Source: Octopus vulgaris
Lineage: Eukaryota
Length of the DNA stretch: 64,000 nucleotides
Reading direction: 5' to 3'
Assembly: GCA_951406725.2 (NCBI GenBank)
Contig: OX597821.1
Location: 95,666,001-95,730,000, forward strand
This document shows positions 1-12,609 of the stretch, one piece after another. The notes under the pieces are model-generated. The model did no database searches and was not told the DNA's origin. It saw only the letters and a list, made by a program, of their open reading frames with translations. How positions within the stretch are numbered: position 1 is the first letter of the stretch; each line of letters begins with the position of its first letter. Both the position numbers and the translations under genes were made by a program.

Positions 1-72
1 CATTGTGGTAAGTTTGATGCTATAAATTCACTTTCTTTTTTGTTCTCGATGTTCTTTGATGCATGTTATGTA

Positions 73-1251
73 CAGGGTCTTGCAGATAAATTGAAACAGT
101 TCTTACGATACATAAAACTGGTTATAAATATTAAAATAATAGTAGTAGACCGATATAATTTTAATGTAACATTTATTACAATGAAAACGTTTATTACTCA
201 GTATGACCACCCTTTTGGGCAATTCCTGCCTCCATACGAGAATGAAATTTTGTTTGCAGCTGCCACAACCTCTGCCTTTTTGATTTTGTATGTCACATGC
301 ATGATGCAAGTCTTCAGGCTGTTGACACTCAAGTGTGATGAGGCACTGGTCCATGCTTGAAGTATGCCCTATAAAAAGTAATCAAGAAGGTTGAGTTCTC
401 GGCTATTATTGGGCCAGATGTTGGCCTTCACAAAAAGTGGAACCTTCTCACTGAGGACGGCCTGTGTTGCTTTTGACCCATGGCATGGTGCAGAATCCTG
501 GATAAGCACCACATTGTCAAGCCCAAACTTCTGCTCCATCCAAGGTAACAGTGAGTTCTTCAGGGAGTTCTTCAGAATGTCCAGATACTCTTTTGTGCTA
601 ATCTTTAAGCCAGACTCGATGAAGTGTGGATTCATGACACTTCCATCACAGAGGTAGAATTCTTAGTTTCAAACACAGTAGGGACGTCAGAAAAGTTGTA
701 TGCAATCACTTGAGAATTTCTGCGATTCAAGAATTTCTAATTTGCCTCATCGTCCACAGTGAACTTCTCATTCACAAACATATGTTTTTCTTGCACCTTG
801 ATGCTTGATGACTAACAGAAGCTTTGAGCATCTCTCGACTGATTGCTTTGGCCTTGGCTGTTAGGAAGTGACAGCATCGTCGAACATAGCTAGTTATGCC
901 AGGGTTCCTGTTCACAGCTCTGGACACTGCGGAAAGTGACACGTGTTTCTTTGCAAGAGTTGTCGTAGATGTGAATGGGTCGGCTTCAACTGAGCATTTG
1001 AGGCCTGCGAGAAACTTAGGATTGCACTTGGAATCACTTGGAGTCTTGTGTGCCCATTGCATGCCAAAACAACAATGATGAAACGATTCAGTTGTTCCAT
1101 GACTTTTTGTTGTCGAATCAGTTTGCTATTTACCTGAAAAATAAAGAGGAGAATTAGATTTTCCAGCAAGCAAAGTTTTGTCAAAAAATGAAATGTTAAA
1201 CTCACTAAGTCAACTGCTTAAAATTGGTCACAATTTCTCTGCAAGACTCCA
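73..1251 (-). mobile_element. Degenerate Tc1/mariner-superfamily DNA transposon, DD37D (maT-type)
   Basis: Imperfect 21-bp TIRs (cagggtcttgcagataaattg at 73; caatttctctgcaagactcca ending 1251), flanked by TA. Minus-strand ORF fragment 369-635 has IQDSAPCH...WPNNSRELNLLDY with 37 residues between the two Asp. HTH-like fragment at 772-1062. The frame is broken. Confidence 0.85.
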
Positions 1252-1781
1252 TAAAGTATGATAGTTTATAAATTTTACCCAAATGGATTGTATAAGCTTT
1301 TAACAGTGAAATTATAAAAAATTAATAAAGACAAAAGATATAAATTTACTTCACACGTTGCAAGTTAATGACTTCTCCCTGCCTTATGTGATCTAGCTAA
1401 ATTTTCTACATCAAGTCAAAAGACGTCATAAGTTTTCTCTTAGACTTACTGCAAATTTATTTCATTGCTTAGTCATAAATTGCAGCACCACTCTGAATCC
1501 TCTATATAATATAATTACTACTATAGGTAAAATTTAACATGTTATGTATATTGCCTCATTACCCCCTCCAATATGCCCCGTGTTTCCTTAAGGGTAGTAC
1601 CATCTATGTTGAAAACCTTTTTCTTCAAGCCTGCCTTTGGTTTCAACTACTACAACCGTCACCAATATACAGTGTGTTATCTGTTACTAAAATATCTACT
1701 AATGCTGATATCACAGTTATTCTGGTTATTGAAATAATAGATTTATTTAGTACTCATTCCACTGTATGATTTTTTTGTTAG

Positions 1782-1847
1782 GTTGATCCTGTCAGAACTA
1801 TATCAGCTGGCAAGGTGAATATGGGAGCTTTTCGTACCTACCCAAAG
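1782..1847 (+). CDS. COPS5: COP9 signalosome subunit 5, internal exon ([22 protein letters not shown])
   Basis: ttag|GTT acceptor, AAG|gtaagt donor, 66 nt, phase 0/0. The peptide matches the end of the CSN5 MPN+ domain. Confidence 0.95.
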
Positions 1848-2017
1848 GTAAGTTGCTTGACTTTATACAGAATTTCTACCGTGAAGTAAATAATGACTTC
1901 TTTCCTTGTTTTGTATGACATGATTTTGGTAACTATCTTGAAATATCTATTTTGTTTGATACACAACAAACCCTCAGTTAACAGGGAAAGGAATAACAAT
2001 GTCTTATATATTGATAA

Positions 2018-2465
2018 TCATCATCATCATCATCATCATTTAGCGTCCGCTTTCCATGCTAGCATGTGTTGGATGGTTCAACTGGGGTCTGTGAAGCTGG
2101 AAGGCTTCGTCAGGCCCAGTCAGATCTGGCAGTGTTTCTACGGCTGGATGCCCTTCCTAACGCCAACCACTCCATGAGTGTAGTGGGTGCTTTTTACGTG
2201 CCACCCGCACAGGTGCCAGACAGAGCTGGCAAACGGCCACGAACGGATGGTGCTTTTACGTGTCACCGGCACGGGGCCAGGCGAGGCTGGCAACGGGCAC
2301 GAATGGATGGTGCTTTTACGTGCCACCGGCACGGGGGCTAGACAGAGCTGGCAAACGGCCACGAATGGAAGGTGCTTTTACGTGTCACTGGCACGGGGGC
2401 CAGGCGAGGCTGGCAACGGACACGAACGGATGGTGCTTTTACGTGCCACCGACACGGGGGCCAGA
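2018..2465 (-). mobile_element. Abundant retroposon (SINE or LINE 3' end) with (GAT)n tail and internal ~60-bp tandem repeats
   Basis: Plus strand starts (cat)n-ttagcgtccgctttccatgctagcatg...ggctggatgcccttcctaacgccaaccactcc, then repeats of gtgcttttacgtgccaccggcacgggg...ggcaacggccacgaacggatg. Further copies at ~5892-6208, 6604-7020, 13658-13860, 17895-18085, 19871-20250, 62163-62880; decayed copies at ~37210 and ~40360. Confidence 0.8.
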
Positions 2466-4286
2466 CATAATAAATCTCACAAATTATTGTCACCAAATGC
2501 CAAAGAACATGGTGTAGCCTTGAAGAGCACAGTAGTATTTTTCAATATCATGTTTATAGATGCAGGTGTGACTGTGTGGTAAGCAGTCCGCTTTCCAACA
2601 ACACGGTTTCAAGTTCAGTCTCCCTGCATGGCAAACTGGGTTAGTCTCTTCATTTATAGTTCCAGGTTAATTAAAGTATTATGAGTGGAATGAGTGGATA
2701 TGGTAGTTAAGAAGCCGAAAAGAAGCCTGTCGTGTGTGTGTGTTACTGTTTCCTTGCCTTGACTTTGTGTGATAGTCGTAAGCATGTGTCACTATCATGC
2801 AAATGATGTCCTTTGTTTCCAGTGTTCTGAGACTTGTTTAGTTATTGGAGATGGTTAACAGCAGGAAAATCTGTCTCAACAAATTCAGCTCAGGCATGGA
2901 AAAGTGGGCATTAAAAAATAGTGATAAGGATGTTGAAAATTGATCTGCTGTGTTCATTGAATCAAGTACTCATGTTTCGATAAATGTGGTTTCACTGTAA
3001 GTTTTGTGTTTATGTGTAGTGGTCCTACAGCTTCACTGTACCAAAACATAATATGTGAGCCAATCTCTATGACTATGTATAAAAGAAAAACTAATAAGAA
3101 AAGTCTAGCGATGAATGGCAGCAACAATGTATGAAGGAGCTAATGAAAACGAATAACAAAAGAAATGATCATAAAAATATTTGCTGCATTTCCCTCTCTC
3201 TCTCTCTCTTTCGGAGAGGCACTGAGCAGCTATACGCACACATACACACACGGCAGTAACTTCCGCCTACCGAATTCAATCACAAAGCTCCGGTCGGCTC
3301 GGGGCTATAGTAGAAGACACCTGCCCAAAGTGCCACGCAGTGGGACTGAACCCGAAACCATGTAGCTAGGAAGCAAGCTCCCTAACCACACAGCCATGCC
3401 CGCGCCTGTTTTACTATATGTTGTGCTGCTTCATCATCTGTCTTGGAGGCCCTGCAAAAGGTCAACGATAATATCCTTTTCTGTGTGACTAAGTCTTGAA
3501 ACAAATACCACTTCTAAGTAGTTAGGCAAGAGATGCAGAGGAACCTCACACAACTTTAGGAAACAAGTCAACTTTTTACTCTATATAAGTATGGAAGAAT
3601 GGATGCAAAATGGAAGCAAGCAAGAAGGAAAGTACATGATGTTACTGAGAAGCACTTGTTCCTAAAGTCTGTCTTAGATTCTCTGAATGGGGAAGATCTT
3701 GGAGTATATTGATGAAATTAGCATGGTTAAATGTTCAGTTTGTAGTTTAGGAATTTTATTTACTAGGTCTGACAAATGTAGGATTTCTTTTCAGACCATG
3801 AAACTAGTGGTGGCCTGCATATGAATTGTATGATCCCATTTAACACACACACACGAGGCAGATTTTCTATGGTTGGATGCCCTTCCTGTTTCCTAGCTTC
3901 ATTTGTTTGTAGACAAGGTAATATTTTTCATCACCTAAAGGATTATATATTTATATACAAAGGGAGAGAGAAAGAATATTAGATAAATGAACCAATGAAA
4001 GAACCTCTCTTTGGATCCTCAACTTACCAGAAATAACTGCCAAATGTCCTTCAAATCACATGCTTCTGTCTGAAAAAAGAAGAGCACATAGATAAGATGG
4101 TTATACATAATGAATACCTTTGATTATAGGTCTGGTAAATGAGAACAACGCCACAAATTAAAATACCTAGAGATAATGCAGTCCAGCATTTGTAGAGGCT
4201 GTGAAAAGTTTTGATTGATATTGAAACTTGACAGAAATGTGATAAAATGAATAGTGTTTGAAACAAAACTCAATCTTTTTTCACAG

Positions 4287-4484
4287 GGTTATCGACCTGC
4301 TGACGAGGGACCATCTGAGTATCAGTCCATTCCACTAAACAAGATTGAAGATTTTGGTGTGCACTGCAAGCAGTACTATTCTCTCGATGTATCCTATTTC
4401 AAGTCATCGTTGGATCGTAAGTTATTGGAGTCCCTCTGGAACAAATACTGGGTCAATACATTAAGTTCATCAAGTTTTCTGGCT
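4287..4484 (+). CDS. COPS5: COPS5 internal exon ([31 protein letters not shown]...[17 protein letters not shown])
   Basis: cacag|GGT acceptor, GCT|gtaagt donor, 198 nt. Contains the hallmark CSN5 motifs [17 protein letters not shown] and [13 protein letters not shown]. Confidence 0.97.
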
Positions 4485-5544
4485 GTAAGTTACTTTTTTT
4501 AAAAATCTTTTTCTCTTCATTTGTTCCCCTTTACTACTATTTTTATTATGATGGTGGAGCATGATAAAAAATATCTTGATAATTAGGTAGCATCTGTTTA
4601 TTTTCTGAGTTTTAACCCTCTTTCTTGCAACCTTGCTGATTTATTCTTCCAGGATTGGTAAAAGTAAATATAAGTCAAATACTGTTGTTAATGTAATCGG
4701 CTGTACTCCTCTTGAAGGTTTATGGGCTTGTGCTTACATCAGAAATTATCATTAAGGCAGTGAACTGGCAGAATCATTGGTGCATCGGACAAAATACTTT
4801 GCAACATTTCTTGCAGCTCTTTTTTGCCTATCATCTTTCAGGCTTATCAAGTGTTGGAGTTGTTGTAATCTACTGACACCTTCCCCTCAAATTGCAGGCC
4901 TTGTGCCAAAACTAGGATTATTTTTATTACTATGCAGACTCATGCACTGTTCTTTTCCTGACGCTTGTACATTACCCTATGTACTATACATACACTTTAG
5001 ATGAGTTGTAGTGCACCTGAGCACTGTACACAATGTTTTATTATTATTATTTTTATTACTATTATCTTAGAAGCTACTATTATTAAAATATCCTAAGCAG
5101 TTGTTGTTACAGTGGTGATTGCAATGGTAGTAGTAATGTATCAGAATGAGTTGTGAAGTCGATATAATATCTTACAGTATTTATTTATGTACCTTTACAT
5201 TCTGAATTCAAAAACAACTTTTTTATATAAATTCTTATGGAGACTAAAATATGATGAGGATAAAGAGGAAGATAAACATTTTTTTTACTAGTTTCAGTCA
5301 TGCTGTAGCACTGCTTTCTAACATTCAATTGTTTATGTTGACACTAGTACTTATTTTTTTTTTTTTTTCAAACATGACAAGGTTTTTGTTCAATGCTCTA
5401 TCAATTCTGTGTTGTATCTATCACACAACTAGTATTTCACTGGCATTGAAACCATTGTGCATCATTGAACAAAAATGAAACTCTGTCTCATCAGCAATAT
5501 TTACGAAATGTATTGTCTGATTCTTTCGCATTGTTTTCTTACAG

Positions 5545-5693
5545 AATGCCGAATATACAACTGGCCAGATCTTTGATTTATCAGAAAAACTTGAGCAGTC
5601 TGAAGCACAACTGGGGCGCTGTGGTTTCATGCTTGGCATGGATGCCTTTGAGAAAAAATCAGAAGACAAATTATCCAAAGCTACTAAAGATGG
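5545..5693 (+). CDS. COPS5: COPS5 internal exon ([50 protein letters not shown])
   Basis: tacag|AAT acceptor, GG|gtaag donor, 149 nt, phase 0/2. Matches the CSN5 C-terminal helical region. Confidence 0.96.
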
Positions 5694-6229
5694 GTAAGAG
5701 AATCAATTCGTTTTCAACAACTAATTCTACTAGTGTATGTCACATTTTAATTATCATATTCCATGTAATGTCAAATTATGCACTATGACTATTATCCAGA
5801 TGATTGCATAACAGAATGCCTGCCATTCAATCTTCTCTGATTAATATTGTATTGGATATTAGTAGAATAACCTATCCTGCTACTACTAAGTCATCATCAT
5901 CATCATCATCATCATCGTTTAGCGTCCGTTTTCCATGCTAGCATGGGTTGGACGGTTCTACTGGGTCTGTGAAGCCAGAAGGCTTCATCAGGCCCAGTCA
6001 AATCTGGCAGTGTTTCTACGGCTGGATGCCCTTCCTAACGCCAACCACTCCGTGAGTGTAGTGGGTGCTTTTTACGTGCCACCCGCACTGGTGCCAGACA
6101 GAGCTGGCAAACGGCCATGAACGGATGGTGCTTTTTATGTGCCACCGGCACGAGGGCCAGGCGAGGCTGGCAACGGACACGAAACGGGGCGGTGCTGGCA
6201 ACGGTCACTGAGTGATTAATTATCTACTA

Positions 6230-6430
6230 GAGAAATACAGGCACAGGACTGCCCTGCCTGGCATAGCAGAAGTGCCACCTCCTATGAATAGAATAGGATT
6301 GTAGGAGCAGAGAGAGAACATGGGCTGTGCAAGTCCAGAGCCAACCCCTTGCTTTCATTCCCAGCAGACTGGTGCCTGACCTGCAGCAGAACCATCTGGC
6401 ATGCATCAGTCTGATCAGCCACAGCTGGAT
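6230..6430 (+). mobile_element. RTE-type LINE 3' remnant (C-terminal zinc-finger region)
   Basis: Frameshifted translation resembles CxTCxRT...I(G/S)LISH, the C-terminal C2H2 motif of RTE ORFs. Confidence 0.45.
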
Positions 6431-7358
6431 GCTCTTTGACCCGTCTCCTTTTCCTGTGTGAGGTCCTGCCATTGTCGACAACGACTGACAAACATTAAAG
6501 ATAGAATAGCACAGTTAAAATGGCAGTAACAATTTATAATACCTACTTTGAGAACACAGAGTCACAAACACTCTTTAGGGAAACTGGTAAAGTAGTCCCC
6601 TGGCATCATCATCATCATTTAGCGTCCGCTTTCCATGCTAGCATGGGTTGGACAGTTCAACTGGGGTCTGGGAAGCCAAAAGGGTGCACCAGGCCCAGTC
6701 TGATCTGGTAGTGTTTCTACAACTGGATGCCCTTCCTAATGCCAACCACTCCATGAGTGTAGTGGGTGCTTTTTACGTGTCACCAGCACAGGTACCAGGC
6801 GAGGCTGGCAACGGCCACGATCGGATCGTGCTTTTTATGTGCCACCGGCACGGGGGCCAGGCGAGGCTGGCAACGGCCACGAATGGATGGCGCTTCTTAC
6901 GTGCCACCGGCACGAGGCCAGTCGGGGCGGCGCTGGCAACGGCCACGTTCGGATGGTTCTCTTACGTGCACTGGTAACTCAGCTGCAATTTCCATTGATC
7001 GATTTCGATAGATTTCGATTCTGGCATATTATAGAGAAATAAAAGAAGTCCTGTTAGTGAGCCTGCTATTCTTTTCTGTTTCAAATTTGTGCTCATAATG
7101 ATGAATATCAAATTGTGTTGGTAAGATTAACCTAATCATTAAGATTTTAATAGTTAATTCATGTCTTATTAATTATACTTTTGTTTTAAGGAATACTGGC
7201 TGTGATCTTTAGTCTCTAAGGCTGGTGAGATTGATACTATCGGAACATCTGTCAGACAATGCAGCAATTGTTGTTAATATTTAAGTCTTTGTCTCATTAC
7301 ACTATAAATTCTTGATTTCTCTCTTGTATCACTCCTCTCTCTATCTATATGTCATCAG

Positions 7359-7536
7359 GTGTAAAACTACCATTGAAGCTATCCATGGATTGATGTCTCA
7401 AGTGATTAAAGACTGGCTGTTTAACCATGTACATGTTGGAGATAGGAACGAGTCGGCCACACTAGCTATTGACCAAGCAAAACCAGGGACATCTGATGTT
7501 GCCATGGTAGTTGATGAAGAGAAGATGTCTACATAA
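7359..7536 (+). CDS. COPS5: COPS5 terminal coding exon ([22 protein letters not shown]...DEEKMST*)
   Basis: catcag|G acceptor completes GGG (Gly). [18 protein letters not shown] is the conserved CSN5 C-terminal helix. TAA at 7534-7536. Confidence 0.95.
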
Positions 7537-8190
7537 GTGAATGAAAAACAAAAAAAAACAAAAAACAACACCACATCCAAAAATAAGACATTTTCAAAAT
7601 GAACTTTTATCACATCAAAAAAAACAAAGAAAAATCTCTAAAACATAAAGAAGACAAGTACTGCTATTAAGGATTATTAATATTATTGCTTTCATTGCTG
7701 ATATTTGATATTCTGAGTAAATGAGGTGATAAGATATTTGCTGACACCGTTTGGATATTGTTTCTATAGTGGTAAGATATTTTGATGAGTTTAACTGCTT
7801 GATAATGTGAGGATAGCTTGATGTATATTAAGGATAGATTAATATCTTAACGATAGCTTGATAATCTTGCGGATAGCTTGAGGTAAGGTGATATCTTAAG
7901 AGTCATATAGTTTAGTTAGACCATAACCTCTATTTGGTGCTTATTGCAGATTACTACTGACACTGTTAATGTGGACTTGATACTCTACTGAGCTACTTTA
8001 CATGCAGAATACATGTGTTTTATAGATCTGTATTTGTGTGTTTGTATACATGCACACATACATATATATATATATATATTTAAAAATAAGGATAAAATCT
8101 TTATAAGAAGTTATCAGTAGTTAGCGTGAAAAACCTCGTAAGAGAAAAAATATGTAAATTTTTTCAACTTTGAAAATACTTATTTATATT

Positions 8191-8473
8191 ATATAGAGGG
8201 TACTATTATTCATAGGTACCGCATGCTAGGAGAGACTTTTGCAGTCAAAACTACTAAAATAAACAAATTGAACCGAATGCAAAACTTCAAAGCGAGTCAT
8301 TTAAAAATAGAATTTAGTTACATATCACCTGTGATTTCGCAATCAATGCAGAATATGCATTCTATGACTCGCTTTGAAGTTTTGCATTCAGTACAATTTG
8401 TTTATTTTAGTAGTTTTGACTGCAAAAGTCCCTCCGAGCGTGTGGTACCTATGAATAATAGTACCCTCTATAT
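8191..8473. repeat. 110-bp inverted repeat (8191-8300 / 8364-8473), Penelope-like pLTR fold-back between (TA)n tracts
   Basis: The arms are near-perfect reverse complements. On the minus strand the spacer carries a GAAA-tcacaggtga-TA half-hammerhead. Confidence 0.8.
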
Positions 8474-9065
8474 ATATATATGCACACACACACATACACA
8501 TATGCATGTCTGTGTTAAAGTATCTACTATATGGTTAGAGTTGTCTAAACATGCCTGTTAATATTCTGCAAATGGAATAACCCTCTTTCCTTAAAAATCC
8601 TTAAAAATGTTTTAGCCTGAAGGCCGTGGCCATGCTGGGGCTTGACCATATTTGTAATTAAACACTGACAAGAAGGATTTGGAGGTATTTAGTAAAACAA
8701 TTTTCCATTTCATTTTGTAACTGTTGTTTGGGACACAAATGTGATGGGGAGCTTTAATTTCAATATGAACACTTTAAAATTCTAATGTCTTGTCATTCAT
8801 TTGCTAGGAAACTCTCTATTTAAAATACAACCAAATATTGGCAATGAATGGTACTAGTGAGTGCAGTTTGAGAAAATTCTTTGTCAAAACAAAAACATTT
8901 ACATGAATACTCTCTCTCTCTTTTTACTTTTCGTTCAAAATTTTACTGCTTTTTTTTTTTTGTTTCCTTTGGCTCAATAAACATTTAGTTTCAGTTGTAT
9001 AAAAAAAACCTTTTCTTTGTCTTTTATTTTGCATCATTGGGGAAAATACAAAAATGATCAATATG

Positions 9066-9430
9066 CTTACCAACCACATGGTTCCGGGTTCAGTCCCACT
9101 GCGTGGCACCTTGGGCAAGTGTCTTTTGCTATAGTCCCGGGCCGACCAAAGCCTTGTCAGTGGATTTTGTAGATGGAAACTGAAAGAAGCCCGTCGTATA
9201 TATGTATATATATATATGTGTGCATGTATGTTTGTGTGTCTGTGTTTGTCCCTTAGCATTCCTTGACAACCGATGCTGGTGTGTTTATGTCCCCGTCACT
9301 TAGCGGTTCGGCAAAAGAGACCGATAGAATAAGTACTGGGCTTATAAAGAATAAGTCCCGGGGTCAAGTTGCTTGATTAAAGGTGGTGCTCCAGCATGGC
9401 TGCAGTCAAATGACTGAAACAAGTAAAAGA
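9066..9430 (+). mobile_element. tRNA-derived SINE (major family of this genome)
   Basis: B-box-like ggttccgggttcagtccc, followed by cttgggcaagtgtctt...ggaaactgaaagaagcc, (TA/TG)n and a tail ending gaaacaagtaaaagag. Other copies at ~2562-2730(+), 3225-3408(-), 9905-10315(-), 10330-10495(+), 21915-22333(-), 29668-30035(+), 30040-30207(-), 51637-52043(-), 56180-56340(+). Confidence 0.85.
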
Positions 9431-10515
9431 GTAACAGAGAGTAAAATGCCCAGAAACTATTTGACGAAATAAATGGCTTTCGGTTGTGTCCCCTCTTTCA
9501 CACAACTTTTTAACTCAGTTGACTTCCTTTTGTCTTACCCCAGTATTGACAAAAGTAAACACTAAGTACTAGGATCAATAAATTGATTGCTCTGCAAATA
9601 TTGTGGACTTGTGCTGATGGGTTTTTTTCTCTCTCTCTCTGTGCCATCAGGTCAATGAATACAACTTAGTAAATTCTCTGATTAGCACTATGTTCTTGCC
9701 TTGGAATTTTTGTAGGAAAAATATGGTTGTTTTCTGTTACTTTCCTTTGGGTATTTTTTTTTTCACAAGATATCATTTTGATGACTTGATACAAATAAAT
9801 TTACCCACACACAAAAAGATGCTTATTTAAAAAATTATTGATAGGAAAGCTGATTGTTGAATTGGTTAAACACTAGACAAAAATGTTTGCTGTTACCTTT
9901 CTTTCTTTACTCTCTTTTACTCTTTTACTTGTTTCAGTCATTTGACTGCAGCCATGCTGGAGCACCGCCTTTAGTCGAGCAAATCGGCCCAGGACTTATT
10001 CTTTGTAAGCCCAGTACTTATCCTATCGGTCTCTTTTGTCGAACTGCTAAGTGACGGGGACGTAAACACACCAGCATCGGTTGTCAAGCAATGCTGGGGG
10101 GACAAACAGACACACAAACACACGCACACATACATATATATATATATACATATATACGACAGGCTTCTTTCAGTTTCCATCTACCAAATCCACTCACAAA
10201 GCATTGGTCGGCCTGGGGCTATAGCAGAAGACACTTGCCCAAGATGCCATGCTGTGGGACTGAACCCAGAACCATGTGGTTGGTTAGCAAGCTACTTACC
10301 ACACAACCACTCCTAGGCACAACCACTTGTAGGCACAGGTATGGCTATGTGGTAAGACATTTGCTTCCCAACTGCATGGTTCTTGGTTCAATCCCACTGC
10401 ATGGCTCCTTGTGCAAATAGCTTCTATTACAGCTCCAGGTTGACCAAAGCCTTGTTAGTGGATTTGGAAGATGTAAACTGAAAGCACCAAAGTTGTGTGT
10501 GTTACTTTGTTTTTG

Positions 10516-10885
10516 TGGAGGTGCAATGGCCCAGTGGTTAGGGCAGCGGACTCGCGGTTTCCATTCCCAGACCGGCGTTGTGAGAGTGTATTGAGCGAAA
10601 ACACCTGTAAGCTCCACGAGGCTCCAGCAGGGGATGGCGGTGATCCCTGCTGTACTCTTTCACCACAACTTTCTCTCACTCTTACTTCCTGTTTCTGTTG
10701 TATCTGTATTTCAAAGGGCCAGCCTTGTCACTCTCTGTTTCACGCTGAATATCCCTGAGAACTTCGTTAAGGGTGCACGTGTCTGTGGAGTGCTCAGCCA
10801 CTTACACGTTAATTTCATGAGCAGGCTGTTCCGTTGATTCGGATCAACCGGAACCCTCATCGTCGTAACCGATGGAGTGCTTCCA
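10516..10885 (+). mobile_element. Second tRNA-derived SINE family
   Basis: A-box-like tggcccagtggttagg at the 5' end. Related heads occur on the minus strand at ~14425-14713 and ~14940-15238, as a tandem pair in (TA)n. Confidence 0.75.
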
Positions 10886-11364
10886 TCCACTTTGTTTTTG
10901 CCTCAACATCCAATGATTGCTGTGAATGAATATCACTGTCATGCAAGTGATGTGCTTTGTTCCAGATCCTCTGTGAAAACATGTCTGATCACAGGGAAAT
11001 ATTACCTTGGAAGTAGGTGAAGGTTGGTGACAGGAAAGGCATCGGGTTGTAAGAAAATCTATCTTAGCAGAATTCTGTCTGAACCATGTCAGCACGGAAA
11101 GGTTGATGTAAAAATGATGATAATTTTTCATGCCAAAATTTCAAGTTATTAGAATTGGTGCAACATTGGATTAACTCCTAACAGCAATTACTTAGATCCA
11201 TTCTTTGTCCTCCGTTCAAATCCTGCTGTTCTTTTATTCTTTTATTTGTTTCAGATATTTGACTGTGGCCATGCTGGAGCTTCACTGTTATAGCCAACTT
11301 TCATTCTTTTGGGTTTATAAATCAAGTACCTGTGATATATTGAGGTTGACAAAACTATCAATTT

Positions 11365-11420
<56 letters not shown>

Positions 11421-12296
11421 TAGACTAGACTACCCATGACCCATTGGGTCCCTGGGGAAGTCTAAGTTTTCCAGCAATGGACTTTTGTTCTTTGGGTTTT
11501 TTTCTTTTCCATGTTATTTTGCATGCTTTCAATGAATGTGACATCAAAATCATGCGTAAACAGCTCCTTTTCCCAGTAAAGGGAAGATTTGACTGCTATT
11601 TCTTGCACGTAACAGGTATTTTGGGTCCTTTATCACAAATAGCTGTTACATTGTGGCAGGGTGTGTTAGAAATAGCAGCCAAATCTTTGGAGGCGAGATA
11701 TGTTGAATGCACTCAAAAGAAACCCATGGAAAAACACTTTTTCACACTGAGATTACAAACTTGTCTTTTACAAAATATTTATTGTATTTTTAAAAATCAG
11801 TTTCGCTTAAAAAATATTTTGCACATCCTAATGTGTCTAATGGAAAGGTTAGAGTTTCTTCTCTTTCAGGGTTAAGATATTTTTGGAGTATTTTCCTGTT
11901 ATGCACCGTTTTCGGCATTCATGCCCCAAAACCCAGAATATTTCAGCTACTTGTCTGATTTATGTGAAACTTGTTTTATTCTGTTTGTATTCAGATTTCA
12001 GGGGCACTTTACTTTCAAAGTATTTTCCCATTATGTGCCAGTTTGGTTGTGTAACATTGCAAGCAAGCAAGCAATGTATTATAGATACAAAACCTTGTAT
12101 TTATACATATCACTGCTTAGTGCTGCCACTCTGTAATTTGTGGTAAGCACTATTAGCACAGTTGTTGTACACTGATGGGAATATCATGAGAGACCACTAT
12201 AAATCCATTATATCACTCATATTATTTCTCCCCATGATAAAAACTGTCTTCAGGCGACATGGCAAATAGAATCCACAACTTGAAAATAATTGGTTA

Positions 12297-12361
12297 ATTT
12301 CTTATTGCAATTTCGGCATTAGGGACCACTTAAGGGACCCATTTGCCTCGTCAGGGGAAAT
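12297..12361 (-). ncRNA. Minimal type-I hammerhead ribozyme motif (Penelope-type), stem I junction imperfect
   Basis: Minus strand: atttccc-CTGACGA-ggca...tgcc-GAAA-ttgcaa-TA-agaaat. Intact core, palindromic stem III (TTGCAA). Confidence 0.6.
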
Positions 12362-12519
12362 ATTCCTATAGATAGAAATCAAAACAAGACTTTACTTTGG
12401 GGCTAGCATGAATCCTGACCAGCAATAGAAATGTTTTCACCTCTATCTACACAATCAAGTTTTGAATTCAAATGCCTCTTAGTTATAATTATAACTTGTT
12501 CATAATTATAAACGTTTTA

Positions 12520-12554
<35 letters not shown>

Positions 12555-12609
12555 TATAAAAAAACATAAATCAGAAAGCACACTTTAAAGAAAAGAACAG
12601 TAATTGTTA

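Noticed and set aside
2180-2465. Repeat-spacer-like array resembling CRISPR
   Set aside because: The 'spacers' are themselves near-identical, the array is part of a dispersed eukaryotic retroposon, and there are no cas genes.
9066-9140. tRNA genes at SINE heads
   Set aside because: Only A/B-box-like motifs, no full cloverleaf, and they continue into SINE bodies.
11444-12146. 143-aa and 87-aa ORFs
   Set aside because: No recognisable motifs or splice chain. Likely old repeat-derived sequence.
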